Shown: piece after piece, positions 46,102 through 55,561 of the stretch
Layout: every line of letters begins with the position of its first letter
Numbering within the stretch: position 1 is the first letter of the stretch
Assembly (NCBI GenBank): GCA_964373335.1
Contig: CAYJUK010000001.1
Span: 719-61,964, forward strand
DNA from: an uncultured Planctomycetales bacterium
GTDB taxonomy: Bacteria; Omnitrophota; Gorgyraeia; Zapsychrales; CAYJUK01
Direction of reading: 5' to 3'
Length of the DNA stretch: 61,246 bases
Made by a program: the position numbers and the translations under genes
Notes under the pieces: generated by a model
What the model was told of the DNA's origin: nothing
Seen by the model: only the letters and a program-made list of their open reading frames with translations
Databases searched by the model: none

Positions 46102-47658
46102 ATGAGTTTAAAAATACTGCTTATTTACCCCAATTTTAGAGGCATGAACATGCTGCCGCCAGGAATTTCCCTTCTCTCCGCTGTTCTTAAGCAGAGAGGT
46201 TTTCGGGTGAAACTTTTTGATACCACATATTATGATTCCATCGAAGGCAAGTCTCTGGATTCGGATGCCTCTAAAAGTGACCGACTCATGGCCCGTCCAT
46301 TTAAGATGCCCAATGAGATCTCCTATACACGAACAGATTGCTTTGAAGATTTTGAGAAAGAAGTATTAGATTTCCAACCGGATCTATTGGCCTTATCCTG
46401 CACGGAAGATATGTTCTCACTGGGGATTAAATTGTTAAAGAAGGCCAGATATTTAAATATCCTGACCATTGCGGGTGGTGTTTTTCCTACCTTTGCCTCT
46501 AAGCTTGTCCTCAGTTTCCCAGAGGTAGATATCGTTTGTAAAGGAGAAGGAGAGGATGCCTTAAGCACTTTGTGCGAACGTCTTCAGAAGGGCGAACAAT
46601 TCGATGATGTCAGTAATTTATGGATTAAAAAGAATGATGGAACTATCAAGATTAACCCCACCCGAATGGTGGACATGGATTCTAATCCCCTGATAGATAT
46701 GTCAATCTTTGAGGAGGCACGATTCTACCGCCCCATGGGGGGGAAAGTTTACCGGATGTTTCCGGTAGAGACTCATCGGGGTTGTCCCTATACATGTGCC
46801 TTTTGCAATTCTCCTTCCCAAATGGAGTTATATAAGAAAGAGGAGGGGAAGTCCTATCTTCGCCGGAAATCCTTTAAGAATATGTATCAGGAGCTTCTCT
46901 TTTATAAAAACGTAATGAAGGCAGAGTATCTCTATTTTTGGGCTGACACTTTTTTCTCCTGGAAGAAGGGAGAATTTGAAGAATTTTCAGAGATGTATAA
47001 AGATATTCGCCTCCCCTTTTGGTGCCAGACCAGGATCGAAACCGTTACCCCGGAACGTTTGATTTTATTAAAAGGGATTGGATGCGCGCGGATATCATTT
47101 GGGATAGAACATGGGAACGAACAGTTCCGCAGACAATGGTTAAAACGGCCGGTTTCAAATGAATTAATGATTAAAAATTTTAAGTTTGTCAGAGACAGCG
47201 GCATCCCATTCAGTGTGAATAATATTGTTGGGTTTCCTCATGAGACCTATGACTTGGCTTTTGATACGGTCCGTTTTAATCGGTTCATTGAAGCCGATGA
47301 CCGGAACGCGTATCATTTTACTCCTTTTCACGGCACACCCTTGCGAGATGAATGTGAACGATCCGGTTTTATTAAATCAGAAGACATTTGCCAGTCGTTT
47401 GTTATCGGAGATGCAATCTTAGATATGCCTCAATTTCCTAAAAAGACTGTACAAAGACTGATTAAAACTTTTAATATGTATGTGAAATTTCCCGAATCCC
47501 GATGGTCAGAAATTAAAAAGGCTGAAGAAGATTCTGCGGAGGGGAAAAAAATTTATCAGGCTTTAAAAGTAGAATTTAAGGATCGTTTTTTTAATATCCG
47601 CGATGAAAGTTTTGAAGCCGCTGCTATGGAAAAAGTTCTTACGGCCCCAATGAACTAA
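46102..47658 (+). CDS. cobalamin-binding-domain radical SAM enzyme (class B), paralogue of 16418
   Basis: LKILLIYPN..LFDTTYY, CKGEGEDAL, and CxxxCxxC in HRGCPYTCAFCNS. Confidence 0.8.
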   Translation: MSLKILLIYPNFRGMNMLPPGISLLSAVLKQRGFRVKLFDTTYYDSIEGKSLDSDASKSDRLMARPFKMPNEISYTRTDCFEDFEKEVLDFQPDLLALSCTEDMFSLGIKLLKKARYLNILTIAGGVFPTFASKLVLSFPEVDIVCKGEGEDALSTLCERLQKGEQFDDVSNLWIKKNDGTIKINPTRMVDMDSNPLIDMSIFEEARFYRPMGGKVYRMFPVETHRGCPYTCAFCNSPSQMELYKKEEGKSYLRRKSFKNMYQELLFYKNVMKAEYLYFWADTFFSWKKGEFEEFSEMYKDIRLPFWCQTRIETVTPERLILLKGIGCARISFGIEHGNEQFRRQWLKRPVSNELMIKNFKFVRDSGIPFSVNNIVGFPHETYDLAFDTVRFNRFIEADDRNAYHFTPFHGTPLRDECERSGFIKSEDICQSFVIGDAILDMPQFPKKTVQRLIKTFNMYVKFPESRWSEIKKAEEDSAEGKKIYQALKVEFKDRFFNIRDESFEAAAMEKVLTAPMN

Positions 47659-48043
47659 TAGAAAAGCGAAGCAAACCATTTCGAGGCAGAATTCCCTCAC
47701 AATTTAAAGCTGCTTTTTTCCCCTGCAGTAAATTTTATATTGATCATTTTTTCCTCGCTACCTGTTTGCCGAACAGGCAGGTGGGGTCCGTAGGTAAATG
47801 AAAAATAATTTTTAAAGAAGATTATATTGATTTCAACGGGTTTATAAACTTAAAAATCATATTTTGTAAGCCCGCGGAATAGAGTTTGTTAGCCTTAGTT
47901 CCGCAGTTTGGCAGAAAGAATTTTTGAAGGCTAAATTTTCCACGACAGCCAATACAGTCTTTTATCGAGTGCGATTTAAACTGTGGAACCAGGGTGAGAT
48001 GAAGAATCCCTTGGGTCTTAAGTCTTTCTTAAAGAATTAGATA

Positions 48044-49027
48044 ATGTTATATAACAATCATTCCATAAGTAGGTTAGATAAATTTTTTGCTGAGAATTAT
48101 GTCCGGATATGGGGTGAACGCAAAGGTTGTCTGTCGACTTTCCTTTTTCATGGGGTCTTTCGTGACAAAAATGAATGCCGTAATGAATTACTGGATATTC
48201 AACAGGGTATTACCGTAAAGCACCTTGAGACCTTTATTGAATATTTTCTTGATCAGCAATATTTTTTTGTCAGACAGAACGATATCTTAAATGGATTGGA
48301 TCCTCAAAAGAAATATGCTCTTATGACCTTTGATGACGGTTATTATAATAATATCTATGCCATCGACATTTTAAAAAAATTTCAAGTGCCTGCTATTTTT
48401 TTTATATCCACTAACCATATTCTTGAGCAGAAAACCTTTTGGTGGGATGTCATCTCTAGAGAACGTTGGAAACAAGGCGCTAGCCGCGAAAAGATTATCC
48501 GTGAACAAAATTTTTTAAAAATGAAAAAAAATGATGAGATCGAAAATTACATTATGGTTCAGTTTGGACATCATGCCTTAAGGCCTATTTGCGATGTGGA
48601 TAGGCCTTTAACCGTTAATGAACTGAAAAATTTATCGCGTCAACCTTTTGTTGAAATAGGTAATCATACCAGCAATCACGCCATTTTACCGAACTATTCA
48701 TACGACGCAGCAAAAGATGAAATGCTGCAGGCACAAAATCATCTTCAAGAAATAACCGGGATCAAGCCCGCAGCCGTTTCTTATCCCAATGGGAGCTTTT
48801 CAGATGAAACCGTTACGGCTGCCAAAGAAGTGGGATTTAAAATAGGGATAACAACATGGGAAGGAAAGAATTACCTGCCTCTTAACTTTAATAACAATGA
48901 ATTGTTTTGTTTGAAACGCTTTACTCTTTGGGGAGACGGCCGTTTCGTTGGTGAATGTGATCGGACCAGATCGGATTTTCAATTAAAGAGTTCTTTAAAA
49001 GAGCTCTTAGGGAAAGTTAAAAAATAA
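48044..49027 (+). CDS. polysaccharide deacetylase (NodB homology, CE4)
   Basis: Motif 1 MTFDDGY, motif 2 GNHTSNH (HxxxH), and YPNGSF. Confidence 0.82.
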   Translation: MLYNNHSISRLDKFFAENYVRIWGERKGCLSTFLFHGVFRDKNECRNELLDIQQGITVKHLETFIEYFLDQQYFFVRQNDILNGLDPQKKYALMTFDDGYYNNIYAIDILKKFQVPAIFFISTNHILEQKTFWWDVISRERWKQGASREKIIREQNFLKMKKNDEIENYIMVQFGHHALRPICDVDRPLTVNELKNLSRQPFVEIGNHTSNHAILPNYSYDAAKDEMLQAQNHLQEITGIKPAAVSYPNGSFSDETVTAAKEVGFKIGITTWEGKNYLPLNFNNNELFCLKRFTLWGDGRFVGECDRTRSDFQLKSSLKELLGKVKK

Positions 49028-49030
49028 ACT

Positions 49031-49885
49031 ATGCTTAAAGTTCTTCCGGCTAAGAAAGAGAATTTTGATAAGGTTTATCCGCTTTTAATAAAGATTCCTT
49101 CACCGATATCCATTCCCAAGGAAACCTGGCGTAATTTATTTAACCAACAATGGGATGGTCAAGTTGAACCGTTGGGGTATGTTTTGATGAAGGAAAATGA
49201 GATAGTCGGTTATATCGGTTTAATTACGGTGCAAAGAGAAATTCAGGGGCAACGGCATGAAATCATGGATTTGACAAGCTGGACGGTTAAAAAACAATAC
49301 GGCGTTCATGCGATCCAAATGCTTCTTCCCTTTATCCAGGACCAAAAAAGAACCTTGAGGTGTTTTACTCCCGCCAAGAGTATTGATGTAATTTTTCGCA
49401 GATTCGGATTTCAAGAACTGAATGCCTTTTTGCAAATCATTCCGTTTTGGGCCATATCATTCGGTCAAAATGATTATGAAATCTCGTTTGATATCGAAGG
49501 GAATCGGCAATTATTGACAAAAGAGGATTGGCAAATCTATTGCGATCATCGCAAATTCTCTAGCGAACATTTTATTATTAAAAAAGACCAGACCTATTGC
49601 TATGTGATCGCCAAACGGATTTTTAAGAAAAAATTGCCGTTTTTACATATCCATTATATGAGCGATAAGAAACAGTTTGCACAGGGAATTCAAAAGTTTG
49701 TAGGGACAATTTGTTGTCGCTCAAGGACGCTGGGTTTAATGATTTTCGAGCATTGTCTGGGGCAGGAAAGATTGCCAGGAGTCATAAAGATGAAAATGCG
49801 TGCTAAACCTTTGTTTCGATCGGTTTACTTAAAACCGGAAGATATCGATTCTTTGTATTCTGAATTTTTTGTTTTAAACTTTTAA
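49031..49885 (+). CDS. hypothetical protein, possibly a GNAT-fold acyltransferase
   Basis: Long ORF in tight spacing with its neighbours. The N-terminal half (EIVGYIGLITVQ..TSWTVKKQYGVHAIQ..FRRFGFQEL) loosely resembles GNAT strands, but no clean motif A is present. Confidence 0.5.
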   Translation: MLKVLPAKKENFDKVYPLLIKIPSPISIPKETWRNLFNQQWDGQVEPLGYVLMKENEIVGYIGLITVQREIQGQRHEIMDLTSWTVKKQYGVHAIQMLLPFIQDQKRTLRCFTPAKSIDVIFRRFGFQELNAFLQIIPFWAISFGQNDYEISFDIEGNRQLLTKEDWQIYCDHRKFSSEHFIIKKDQTYCYVIAKRIFKKKLPFLHIHYMSDKKQFAQGIQKFVGTICCRSRTLGLMIFEHCLGQERLPGVIKMKMRAKPLFRSVYLKPEDIDSLYSEFFVLNF

Positions 49886-49896
49886 AGTCCATCCTC

Positions 49897-50871
49897 ATGA
49901 ATCAATTTAATTCCATGGGTGACAACGAGTCTGAACTGATCAATGGCTATCCCATATTCAAACGACTTGTGGAAAGAGTCTTTTTAAAATCTCCTATGCA
50001 AAGGAAATATCTGAGTCATCACCTTGCCCAAAGAGACATCACGTTCTTCAGGCGTGCCGAGGGATTTGCCGGAAGATTCATAATCTATCTTGATGACATT
50101 GGCCTCTCGATCGACCAGGCCGTTGATGCCTATCTTGAGGTATGCAGAGATATGCTCACCAGCCAGATGAGATTTAAAAAAACACAAAAATATTCGTGTC
50201 GCAGCGCCAACGAAGCCAATGGTCTTGTATATTCGTCGACTGACAAAATGACGAACTATATGATCGGCCTGCTTTTGTCTCAGTTTATGTGGCCGAATCA
50301 TTATGAAATGTATGATTTTTTTATCGAGCAAAGTCAAAAGCTCATCAACATTAAGACAGTCCTCGAAATTGGCCCCGGGCATGGTCTTTATCTTGCCGAG
50401 TCCGTTTCTCTCTTTCCCGATGCCCAATTTGACGCCATTGATATCAGTCCGACTTCGAAGAAGCTCTGTGAGGCCCTTGTTTTTCATCTAACCGGAAACA
50501 TCCGATGCAAAGTTCAGCTTAAAGACATTAATCAGCTTGAGGATTGCGGTCCCTATGATTATATTGTCATGGGGGAGGTTTTAGAACATCTCGATGACCC
50601 GAGATCTGCCTTGAGGAAAATCCATAATTTATTAAATGAAGACAGCCATTTTTTTATAACAACCTGCGCCAATGCCCCAGCCATTGATCACGTTTATTTG
50701 TATGATAGTGTTGGGCATATCCAACGCGATATCCGTATGAGCGGTTTTGCACCTCTCTTCGAGCTGGCATTACCCGTTGAAGATGTCCCAGAGGATCAGT
50801 GGGAAGAACAGAAGGTCGAAGTCAACTATGCGGCCATGTATAAGAAGTCTAAGATGACCGATCAAAACTGA
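49897..50871 (+). CDS. class I SAM-dependent methyltransferase with an N-terminal extension
   Basis: VLEIGPGHGLYLAE (motif I), AIDIS, YDYIVMGEVLEHLDDP. Confidence 0.8.
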   Translation: MNQFNSMGDNESELINGYPIFKRLVERVFLKSPMQRKYLSHHLAQRDITFFRRAEGFAGRFIIYLDDIGLSIDQAVDAYLEVCRDMLTSQMRFKKTQKYSCRSANEANGLVYSSTDKMTNYMIGLLLSQFMWPNHYEMYDFFIEQSQKLINIKTVLEIGPGHGLYLAESVSLFPDAQFDAIDISPTSKKLCEALVFHLTGNIRCKVQLKDINQLEDCGPYDYIVMGEVLEHLDDPRSALRKIHNLLNEDSHFFITTCANAPAIDHVYLYDSVGHIQRDIRMSGFAPLFELALPVEDVPEDQWEEQKVEVNYAAMYKKSKMTDQN

Positions 50872-50932
50872 TGTTGACCGCTGAGCAGGGGAATCCGTAT
50901 TTAGAAATGAACGGCTTTTAAGGAAAGCATTG

Positions 50933-52897
50933 ATGATCAACGATCAAGTTGTGAGTAAAAATAACTTATCTATGGATCAGGGCTTGTTCAAAAAAGGCAT
51001 TTTGATCAGATCTGTTGAAAATAAACTTTTGCAGTTATTTTCAGAAGGAAAACTCAATGGGACTGTCCATACGTGTGTGGGCCAGGAATTTTCCGCTTTG
51101 GCTTTTGCCGGTCAATTATCCAACAAAGATATTGTTTTCTCAAATCATAGGTGTCACGGACACTATATATCGTTTACTGGTGATTATGAAGGTCTGTTGG
51201 CCGAATTGATGGGTAAAAGAAGCGGTGTGTGTAGTGGTATCGGAGGGAGCCAGCATCTTTGTAAAGACAATTTTTACTCGAATGGAATTCAGGGCGGGAT
51301 TGTTCCCGTTGCTGCCGGAATGGCCTTAGCCGCAAAACTCAATGGAAACCGGAACATTGTTGTCGTTTATATCGGAGAGGGAATGTTGGGAGAAGGGGTT
51401 GTCTACGAAACTTTCAATATCATATCCAAGTGGGGTCTCCCTATTTTAATTGTGTGCGAGAACAATTATTATGCCCAATCAACGCCAATGAGGTTTAATT
51501 TAGCCGGTGATATTCTAAAACGCGCCGAGGCTTTTGGGATTCAGACGTATTATAACGACATCTGGAATACGGAAGGATTGATGCAGGCAGCCTGTCAGTC
51601 GATTTCATACGTGCGCGAATATCAAAAACCCGTTTTTCATTTAGTTGAGACTTATCGGCTTAATCCACATTCTAAGGGTGATGATGACCGCGACCCTGCT
51701 GAAATTAACCTTTTTAAAGAAAAAGATCCTATCAATATCTTTGCCAGAGAAAATAAACAATTATTTGAGAAAATCCAATTGGAGACAGAACATCAGGTCA
51801 ATGCAGCGGTTGAAAAGATATTGAAACAATCTGAATTAGATATCGGCGATTATTATGAACCATTGAAGGAAAGACCTCGGGATCCATGGGAATCCCTTGA
51901 AGAAATTGACTTTAGGCAAGTTGAGCTTATTAATGCTTTCTTTAAAGAACAAATGCAACGCAATCGTTCGATCATTTTTATCGGTGAAGATGTTTTATCT
52001 CCTTATGGTGGGGCCTTTAAGATTGCCCGAGATTTATCAGATTTGTTTCCTGATAGAGTTTTTTCAACGCCGATCAGTGAAGCAGCCATTATCGGAATTT
52101 CGAATGGGTTGGCCATAAAAGGTTTTCGACCCTTTACCGAGATCATGTTCGGTGATTTTATCACTCTGGGGATGGACCAAATTGTTAATCATGCGGCTAA
52201 ATTTTACGATATGTACAACAAGCAGGTAAAATGTCCCATTGTCATTAGAACGCCGATGGGAGGAAGACGCGGTTATGGGCCGACACATTCACAGACTCTG
52301 GATCGTTTTGTTACTGGTATCCCTAATGTGAAAACGATAGCTTTAAATACATTGACGAATCCTAAAATAATCTACCAGAATGTCTTGGAGAAAGAGGAAC
52401 ATCCTGTTATTGTGATTGAAAATAAACTTGACTATGGCAGCAAGATTGCCAAAAAGAAGCTTAAACATTACAGGTATGAAAAGACCACCGGGGATTATCC
52501 CGTTGTCAGGATCCGTCCCTTCCAAGCTGTTCCCAATGCAACTCTTCTTTGTTATGGCGGCATGGTTAACATTGTCCTTGATTGTTTAGAACCGTTATTT
52601 GTGAATTTTGAATTAAAATCTGAGGTGATCGTTTTAACGAAGATATCACCCATTGAATATTCTGAGATTATCGAATCCGTCAGAAAGACGAAAAGGTTAT
52701 ATGTCATTGAAGAAGGAACGATGGCTGGAGGTATTGGCAGTGAAGTGGTCGCTTCTGTAGCTGAGATTTTAACAGAATATGTTACGATAAAACGCATTGC
52801 CGCATTACCGGTTCCGATTCCATCGGTCAGGTCATTGGAGAATCAGGTCTTGCCTAATGTCGAGACAATTCTTCGTTCCATTGCAGAAACTTTATAG
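50933..52897 (+). CDS. 2-oxoacid dehydrogenase E1 component, fused alpha and beta subunits (TPP-dependent)
   Basis: Alpha part: GTVHTCVGQEF and the TPP motif YIGEGMLGEGVVYETFNIISKWGLPILIVCENN. Beta part: IFIGEDVLSPYGGAFKI..STPISEAAIIGISNGLA. The ATG at 50933 follows AAGGAAAG. Confidence 0.82.
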   Translation: MINDQVVSKNNLSMDQGLFKKGILIRSVENKLLQLFSEGKLNGTVHTCVGQEFSALAFAGQLSNKDIVFSNHRCHGHYISFTGDYEGLLAELMGKRSGVCSGIGGSQHLCKDNFYSNGIQGGIVPVAAGMALAAKLNGNRNIVVVYIGEGMLGEGVVYETFNIISKWGLPILIVCENNYYAQSTPMRFNLAGDILKRAEAFGIQTYYNDIWNTEGLMQAACQSISYVREYQKPVFHLVETYRLNPHSKGDDDRDPAEINLFKEKDPINIFARENKQLFEKIQLETEHQVNAAVEKILKQSELDIGDYYEPLKERPRDPWESLEEIDFRQVELINAFFKEQMQRNRSIIFIGEDVLSPYGGAFKIARDLSDLFPDRVFSTPISEAAIIGISNGLAIKGFRPFTEIMFGDFITLGMDQIVNHAAKFYDMYNKQVKCPIVIRTPMGGRRGYGPTHSQTLDRFVTGIPNVKTIALNTLTNPKIIYQNVLEKEEHPVIVIENKLDYGSKIAKKKLKHYRYEKTTGDYPVVRIRPFQAVPNATLLCYGGMVNIVLDCLEPLFVNFELKSEVIVLTKISPIEYSEIIESVRKTKRLYVIEEGTMAGGIGSEVVASVAEILTEYVTIKRIAALPVPIPSVRSLENQVLPNVETILRSIAETL

Positions 52898-52908
52898 AAG
52901 ATAGTTCC

Positions 52909-54111
52909 ATGAAACCTTTACAGTCAATAATTGTTCCCCATGAGATCGTCAATGATGAATTTGTGACAATTGTCCAATGTCATTTTAACAACGGGGACAG
53001 GATTAAAGAAGGAGATCCCCTCATCACCATTGAGACCTCAAAGATGGTCGAAGATCTTTATGCGGCATTTGGCGGTTATATTTATTATCTGTGCCAAGAA
53101 GGATCTGAAATCAAGATTGGCGAAGTCATTATAGAAATCTATGATCAGCCTCTTATTCAGAGGAGTGCTCTTACTCAAGAAACAGTGGAAAAAAGAGAAA
53201 CCTCTTTGCCGGAGGACGATGTTATTTTTTCTCAATCGGCCTTGCGGATGATCGAAGAACTTAAGATGAGTAAAGAGAAGTTTAAAGGTCGGACTTTTGT
53301 GAGTACAGAAGATGTCAGGTTTGTTCAACGTCAAATCAGCCAAAATCAGTTTGCCTGGCGGGGAGCTTCGGAATCAACCCATTCGACCGTCCCCGGCCTA
53401 AAGTCCGGGGACTGCTCAGGGTTGACACTGAGCGGCGCCGAAGTGTCAAATTTTGAAAGGATGACGGCGAGTCCCGATATCGAATTTTTAAAGATTAGTC
53501 CCATTAAGAAAAGGGAGATTGAAAATCTTAATGCTGTGCAATCATCGCATCTGAGTAACGTGGTGAGTATGCTCATTGATGTGACTTCTTTTATTGACAA
53601 GTTGAAGCGTGAGAGTAAATTTTTTAAAAATTCTTTACTTCTGATCGTGATTTCGAAATTGCCGGCGTTGTTGGAAGAGTATCCGGAATTTAACGCCTTC
53701 TATAAAGATGGGACAATAGGTTTTTATAAGAATATTGCAATAGGATTTGCCGTGAACTTAGGGGATGGATTGCGGGTCTTGAAGTTACCCGTTACGAACG
53801 AAAAAAGTATTGCCGAGATAGAAATAATGATTTTTGACATGATCAAACAATATCTTGACAAAAAGTTAACCCCTCAGGACTTGGCCAGGGTCACTTTTAC
53901 GGTCACCGACCTTTCGAATGAGGGCATTCATTTTTTTATCCCGCTTATACCCAAAGGCCAGTCCGCGATCTTAGGCATTTCTGCCATTGATGAGAAGCTG
54001 CAGCGTAGCATAGTATCGCTTTCTTTCGATCACCGTGTGACGGATGGCAAAAAAGCCAGCGAGTTTTTGCGAAAATTAAAGAAGAGAATCGAGGCTGACT
54101 CGGTTGGTTGA
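52909..54111 (+). CDS. lipoyl-domain acyltransferase (2-oxoacid dehydrogenase E2-like)
   Basis: N-terminal lipoyl/biotinyl-type domain with ITIETSKMVEDL. C-terminal catalytic domain with SFDHRVTDGKKASEF (DHRxxDG). Confidence 0.8.
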   Translation: MKPLQSIIVPHEIVNDEFVTIVQCHFNNGDRIKEGDPLITIETSKMVEDLYAAFGGYIYYLCQEGSEIKIGEVIIEIYDQPLIQRSALTQETVEKRETSLPEDDVIFSQSALRMIEELKMSKEKFKGRTFVSTEDVRFVQRQISQNQFAWRGASESTHSTVPGLKSGDCSGLTLSGAEVSNFERMTASPDIEFLKISPIKKREIENLNAVQSSHLSNVVSMLIDVTSFIDKLKRESKFFKNSLLLIVISKLPALLEEYPEFNAFYKDGTIGFYKNIAIGFAVNLGDGLRVLKLPVTNEKSIAEIEIMIFDMIKQYLDKKLTPQDLARVTFTVTDLSNEGIHFFIPLIPKGQSAILGISAIDEKLQRSIVSLSFDHRVTDGKKASEFLRKLKKRIEADSVG

Positions 54112-54178
54112 CTTAAGAAAGAAACAAAAAATGTGAGACCGTTCAGTTTTATTGATTCTTAAAAGGTGGAGATAAAAA

Positions 54179-54427
54179 ATGCAAGAGCAAATACGACAAA
54201 TCATGTGCCAAATTTTTCATGTTCCCTTTGGACACATCACAGATGAGACCAAAGTCGAGACGATTGAATCATGGGATTCCTTAAATCATATCAATCTGAT
54301 CTTGGCCTTAGAGCTGGAGTTTAGGACAACGTTCTCTCCAGAGGAAATGATCAAAATGGTCAGTTTTCAAGAGATTCTGGAAATTTTAAAACAAAAGACG
54401 CAGGCTTGTGAAATAAGAGAAAAATAA
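54179..54427 (+). CDS. acyl carrier protein
   Basis: 82 aa. WDSLNHINLILALE carries the DSL phosphopantetheine-attachment motif. GGTGGAG lies upstream of the ATG. Confidence 0.8.
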   Translation: MQEQIRQIMCQIFHVPFGHITDETKVETIESWDSLNHINLILALELEFRTTFSPEEMIKMVSFQEILEILKQKTQACEIREK

Positions 54428-54537
54428 AATTATACACAATCACGTTGAAGATTACAGACTTCCGATCTCCCATGATCAACAAACGCGTAAATTCTTCCGG
54501 GAATTCGGTAAATTTTGGGATCACTTGATCAGACCCT

Positions 54538-54567
54538 TTGACAGCCTACATCATTTCTGGTGAAAAT
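54538..54567 (+). promoter_or_regulatory. weak candidate promoter (TTGACA, 18 nt, GAAAAT) in the 235-nt gap after the ACP gene
   Basis: TTGACA at 54538-54543 and a poor -10 at 54562-54567. Confidence 0.2.
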
Positions 54568-54662
54568 GCCTTTCCCAAACGCAAGGACAGGGATTTTTTT
54601 ACCGCGCTTGATATCGATGAGTCTCAAAATATTCCTACTTATTCTTTTGTAAGAGGTCATTT

Positions 54663-55559
54663 ATGAACAATCATTGTGATTATCTTTTAATTGGCGCTAA
54701 TGGATTGATCGGTAGTGCTGTGGCTGAAGAGTTGGATTCCCAATATAGCTGGGTGGGGACTTCCTTTAAGCGGAGTTCAGGCCGTTTGCATTTTTTGGAT
54801 ATTCTGGATAAAGAAAATTTAAAAAATGTTTTGCAGGTCTTGAAGCCAAAATATGTTGTGCTCGCGGCGAACCTTTCGGGCGGAACGGAATTTGCCCAAA
54901 CTCACCCGGATGTGGCCAAAACATTTTATTACGATGCGACAAAAAACTTAGGGGAACTCTGTTTAACCCAAAAAGTACGTTTGATTTTTATCTCCACGGA
55001 ATGTGTCTTTGATGGGAAAAGAGAGATTTATCAGGAGGATGATGAACCCAATCCGCTGAATCTCTACGGCCAATGGAAAGCCGAAAGCGAAATGTGGATA
55101 AAAAAAAATTTAGAAAATTATATTATTGTACGTACGATATCTGTCTTTGGCTGGCAACCCGAAACCGTGACCCCCAACGCTGTCATGAAAGCCTATTTTG
55201 CCATTTTGAAGAAGGAAAAAATCTTTGTTCCTACATACCGGTGGGTGACGCCAACATATGTTCACGATTTGGCCAAGGCCTTGGTTGAATTAAATCTTTC
55301 TGGTGCTCAAGGAATTTATCATGTCGCTGGCAGCACGTACATCAATCGCTATGAGTGGCTTAGAAAAGTATGCGGCGTTATGGAGTGGGATTCTTCCTGG
55401 CTTTGCCCGCAAAATGAAATTCATCCCGGGGCTACACCTTATCCGCTCAAAATAAGGCTCGATACGCAAAAATTCCGCCTTTGTCATAAGACAAGATTGC
55501 ACAGCCTTGAGGAATCTATGTTCATGTTGAAAAATGATATTTTTACGACCAGCCGGTAG
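54663..55559 (+). CDS. RmlD-like NAD(P)-dependent sugar reductase (dTDP-4-dehydrorhamnose reductase family)
   Basis: YLLIGANGLIGSAV, STECVFDG, YGQWK (YxxxK). Confidence 0.72.
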   Translation: MNNHCDYLLIGANGLIGSAVAEELDSQYSWVGTSFKRSSGRLHFLDILDKENLKNVLQVLKPKYVVLAANLSGGTEFAQTHPDVAKTFYYDATKNLGELCLTQKVRLIFISTECVFDGKREIYQEDDEPNPLNLYGQWKAESEMWIKKNLENYIIVRTISVFGWQPETVTPNAVMKAYFAILKKEKIFVPTYRWVTPTYVHDLAKALVELNLSGAQGIYHVAGSTYINRYEWLRKVCGVMEWDSSWLCPQNEIHPGATPYPLKIRLDTQKFRLCHKTRLHSLEESMFMLKNDIFTTSR

Positions 55560-55561
55560 CG

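Noticed and set aside
3070-51209. Plus-strand alternative-frame ORFs (3070..3270, 4093..4293, 5655..5864, 11023..11232, 12241..12432, 18012..18233, 18788..19084, 32328..32510, 33965..34234, 35903..36094, 39862..40107, 40351..40572, 47225..47422, 50303..50491, 51015..51209, 51897..52118, 55073..55288, 55605..55865).
   Set aside because: They are embedded out of frame in well-supported genes and have no recognisable motifs.
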